Program-made: the position numbers and the translations under genes
Part shown: piece by piece, positions 61,141 through 64,000 of the stretch
How the letters are laid out: the number at the start of each line of letters is the position of its first letter
Numbering within the stretch: the stretch's first letter is position 1
Notes under the pieces: model-generated
What the model saw: the letters and a program-made list of their open reading frames with translations, nothing else
What the model was told of the DNA's origin: nothing
Databases searched by the model: none
Source: Lama glama
Taxonomy: Eukaryota
DNA length: 64,000 bases
Reading direction: 5' to 3'
Assembly: GCA_028534125.1 (NCBI GenBank)
Contig: CM052816.1
Coordinates: 30,444,001 to 30,508,000, forward strand

Positions 61141-64000
61141 TACATATTTTACACGTTTATGTTTCCAAGTGGTTGAAGAAGAAAATTTCTCCATCTATCA
61201 TTGATGTCAGGTATGGTTAATAAGTGGATTCAGAAGAGATGTGTATTATTTCTGACTTTTTAAATAATGGATGCCTTATTTGTAGCCTAAAGTAAATTCT
61301 AGTTTTCTAAATGTTTTTTGGATGCATATAGCTCACTTTATATAGCCTTGTAATGTCAGTCAACAATAGCTCAGTTGCTGAAAACAGAGTAGATGTGATT
61401 TCAGAGACTGCAGATTAGTTCTGCTGTGTTGGAAAGTCTATACAGACATCGTGCATTTACGGGTGTTTTATTATAGGTAGTTTTGGTAGGGCATGAAAAA
61501 AGAATCAAAAGGTGCCTAGCTAACAAAACAAGTGATAACTAAGACAGGTCTTTCTTCTTAAATGTTAGTCTAATCAACAGTAACATGACTTAAAACTTCT
61601 TAATTTTCTGAGAGCTAGGGAAAATAATTTAAGCCTTGAAACATATTTCTTTATTCATGTATTAAATATATCTTATGGATGTTAATGCATTTTCATATCA
61701 CCTGACCAAACAGAAAAACAGGACATCTTTTCAAATGCCCTGAAATGTCTGAAGCTTGAAATTGCTCCATAGCTGCGCTGTTTAGTTCTGATCAGTTTCA
61801 GAAAGCAGCAGTGACTTATTATGACAGTAATTTAAAGGAACTTGCTCAAGCTTAGTATCCTAAACTAAACTTTAACATATCCCTCCTTGTAACACATTTG
61901 TAATCATGTATTCTCTTTCCAAATAAATGCAAACACAAATCTAAGCCATCAAGGAAATAAATGAACCAAATCATGCCAGTGACCCTTACATGAAGTTAGT
62001 ATCATAACAAATAAATTGACATCATTGAGGAAAAACATGTGCATTCCAACGTGGCTAGGAAAACAGAACATAGCTACCAATAATATTAGAAAAGTAGGGT
62101 GGGGACAATATTTCAGAAACATCAACAGCAATTTGAAAAATTAATTTTCTTAAAATTAAAAATAACTATAAAAGATTAATTCAGCTACAGTGCATTTGAA
62201 ATGCAAAAACACTGTGTCAAGAAGTTTTTTTTAAAAGTGTGTACCAAGTATAAATGCTAATTTTTTTCAATGAGTCTTCAGAGGATAAGAAATTGGTAAC
62301 TACCTAGTGGTACCTGAATGCTCATAGAAGAGGTATTATATATTACAGTGCCAAATGGACATTAATAACATTATTCTCATGTTCACTTTTACTGATTCAC
62401 TTCTTTTGACTAGATTAAGATTATATAGTGTCCCTCAAAAATGAAAACTTAGATTCATATCAGTATATTTTTGCATGTGTGTGTACACATATACATATAT
62501 ACACATATGTATTATATGCATATATTTTGAGCTAGAAAATTATGCCTCTTTACCCTAGGCCTCAGATGTCTAGGACTTATGGGTATACAGGTCAGAAATA
62601 CAGTTTTTAAAATTAAACTACTAGAAAGTAATTTACTTTTTATGAGAATTTAGAGAAGCATTTTGTAGTGTATTATTCAATTCATTAATTTATGTTGTAT
62701 TTAATTCTAAAAAAGAAACTTAACAATTTGTTATAGAAACCTAACGAAAACCCGGAAATAAGGCACAAAGGGCTTTATGTTCTTTCAATGTCAAACTAGA
62801 GTGCTATCTATCAAACTAGGTCATCTGACATTCTAGAGGAATGTGACTTATTTTACTTACTGTTTACTATTAATCAGGACCCAGATTCCGTAAAGTTAGA
62901 GATTAACTTGAAGAAAATGGATAATGTGCAAGTTATTTTTGTACAGTGGGAATGCTATTGATTTTTGTCTTATAGAGAAGATAATCTCCAAGGTTATGAT
63001 TTTATAATCATTTCTAAAAAATCTAGCTAAACTCTTTTTCTCCAAATTTTTGTTTTCTCTTATTGTATGTATATCTTTTTGTATTCTCTCTTGAACCATT
63101 TTTGTCATTCCGTGGTTCCACTGTTAATGAGTCAAACAAAACTTTGATACATGCTCACTGTGAATTTATATGACAGTTATGCTTTCAACATTTTGTTCTT
63201 TATCACTCTTATATTTTGTTGATAAGATTTTTAAAAGCTGGTAGAATTTAATGGAATACTTGGTGAGATGTATCATTAGAGGAAAAAAAACCCATAAGGT
63301 GATGTGATATTTGAGGCTCAGGTAAGCTGAGAAAGAGTATCATCTCTGCAGGAAATAGCTTGCAATTCCCCACACACCATCTGTTCATCACAATCAATGC
63401 AATGACCATCAGAAGTAATAGGTGGCAAATCTGTAAACTTCCAATTTAGTAGTGTTTTTAAACCATCATTATCATTAAGGCAAAATTCATTAAATTATCT
63501 GTGGTGCTGAATAGTAAATGGATCAATTTAACAACATGGCTTTTGACTCATGGGAACAGACAAATTAAAATAGATAATAGTGATAAATTCAAGGGCAGAC
63601 GGACATATCTATAAATGGATCACCATGAACAGAGTAAGTGAATATGAACATTTGTTTTAAAAATAAAAGAAAAATGTGAATCTCCTTCAGAAGTTAAGGA
63701 ACAGTATGGTGTTTATTCAATCTTGTGGCTGAATTATAACTTCCAACTCTGCTTTTGAGATTTGATCATGAGAGTTGGCTGTAGACATTTGTGTGTGTGT
63801 GTGTGTTGTTGTGTTTTTTTCACTCTAAGTCATTGGGCCAGTCATCATGGTTGGGAATCTAGTACTGAAAACTGGCTTGGAGAGGGAGAATTCTAAACAC
63901 TCGAAGAGTTGATTTTTGTGCTTAATGAACTTGCCTAAATATGTGTTGTATTCATCAGTCTTGTCTCAGTTATGTTATTTTTCTCTACACATCCTGTTTG

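Noticed and set aside
1..64000. A novel multi-gene system, CRISPR array or prokaryote-type operon
   Set aside because: The sequence is mammalian repeat-rich non-coding DNA. It has no long ORFs, no regularly spaced repeat-spacer array and no gene cluster.

Overview
Mammalian non-coding DNA (AT-rich, CpG-poor, repeat-dense), most likely from a camelid (camel/alpaca/llama). The main evidence is a tRNA-derived SINE at about 44.6-44.8 kb that matches my recollection of the camelid Vic-1 family. I recognise no host protein-coding exon. The only recognisable peptides in the ORF track are broken LINE-1 ORF2 fragments. The window holds two long degenerate minus-strand L1s with homologous GC-rich 5'UTRs (about 5.9-11.0 kb, internally deleted; about 31.1-37.6 kb, near full length). 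It also holds several short L1 3' tails, four ERV1-type solo LTRs (three packed or nested within 1.4 kb), ERVL/MaLR LTRs, hAT fossils and old L2/MIR/L1M fragments. All younger L1 insertions are on the minus strand, which suggests (inference) an intron of a plus-strand gene. The observations most worth a second look are a candidate 9-nt microexon, fold-back structures at TA tracts in L1 tails, an internally inverted ancient L1, nested insertions with readable TSDs, and motif-dense candidate enhancers. I found no convincing new biological system. Family names come from recalled consensus sequences, not a database search, and boundaries of old repeats are approximate.
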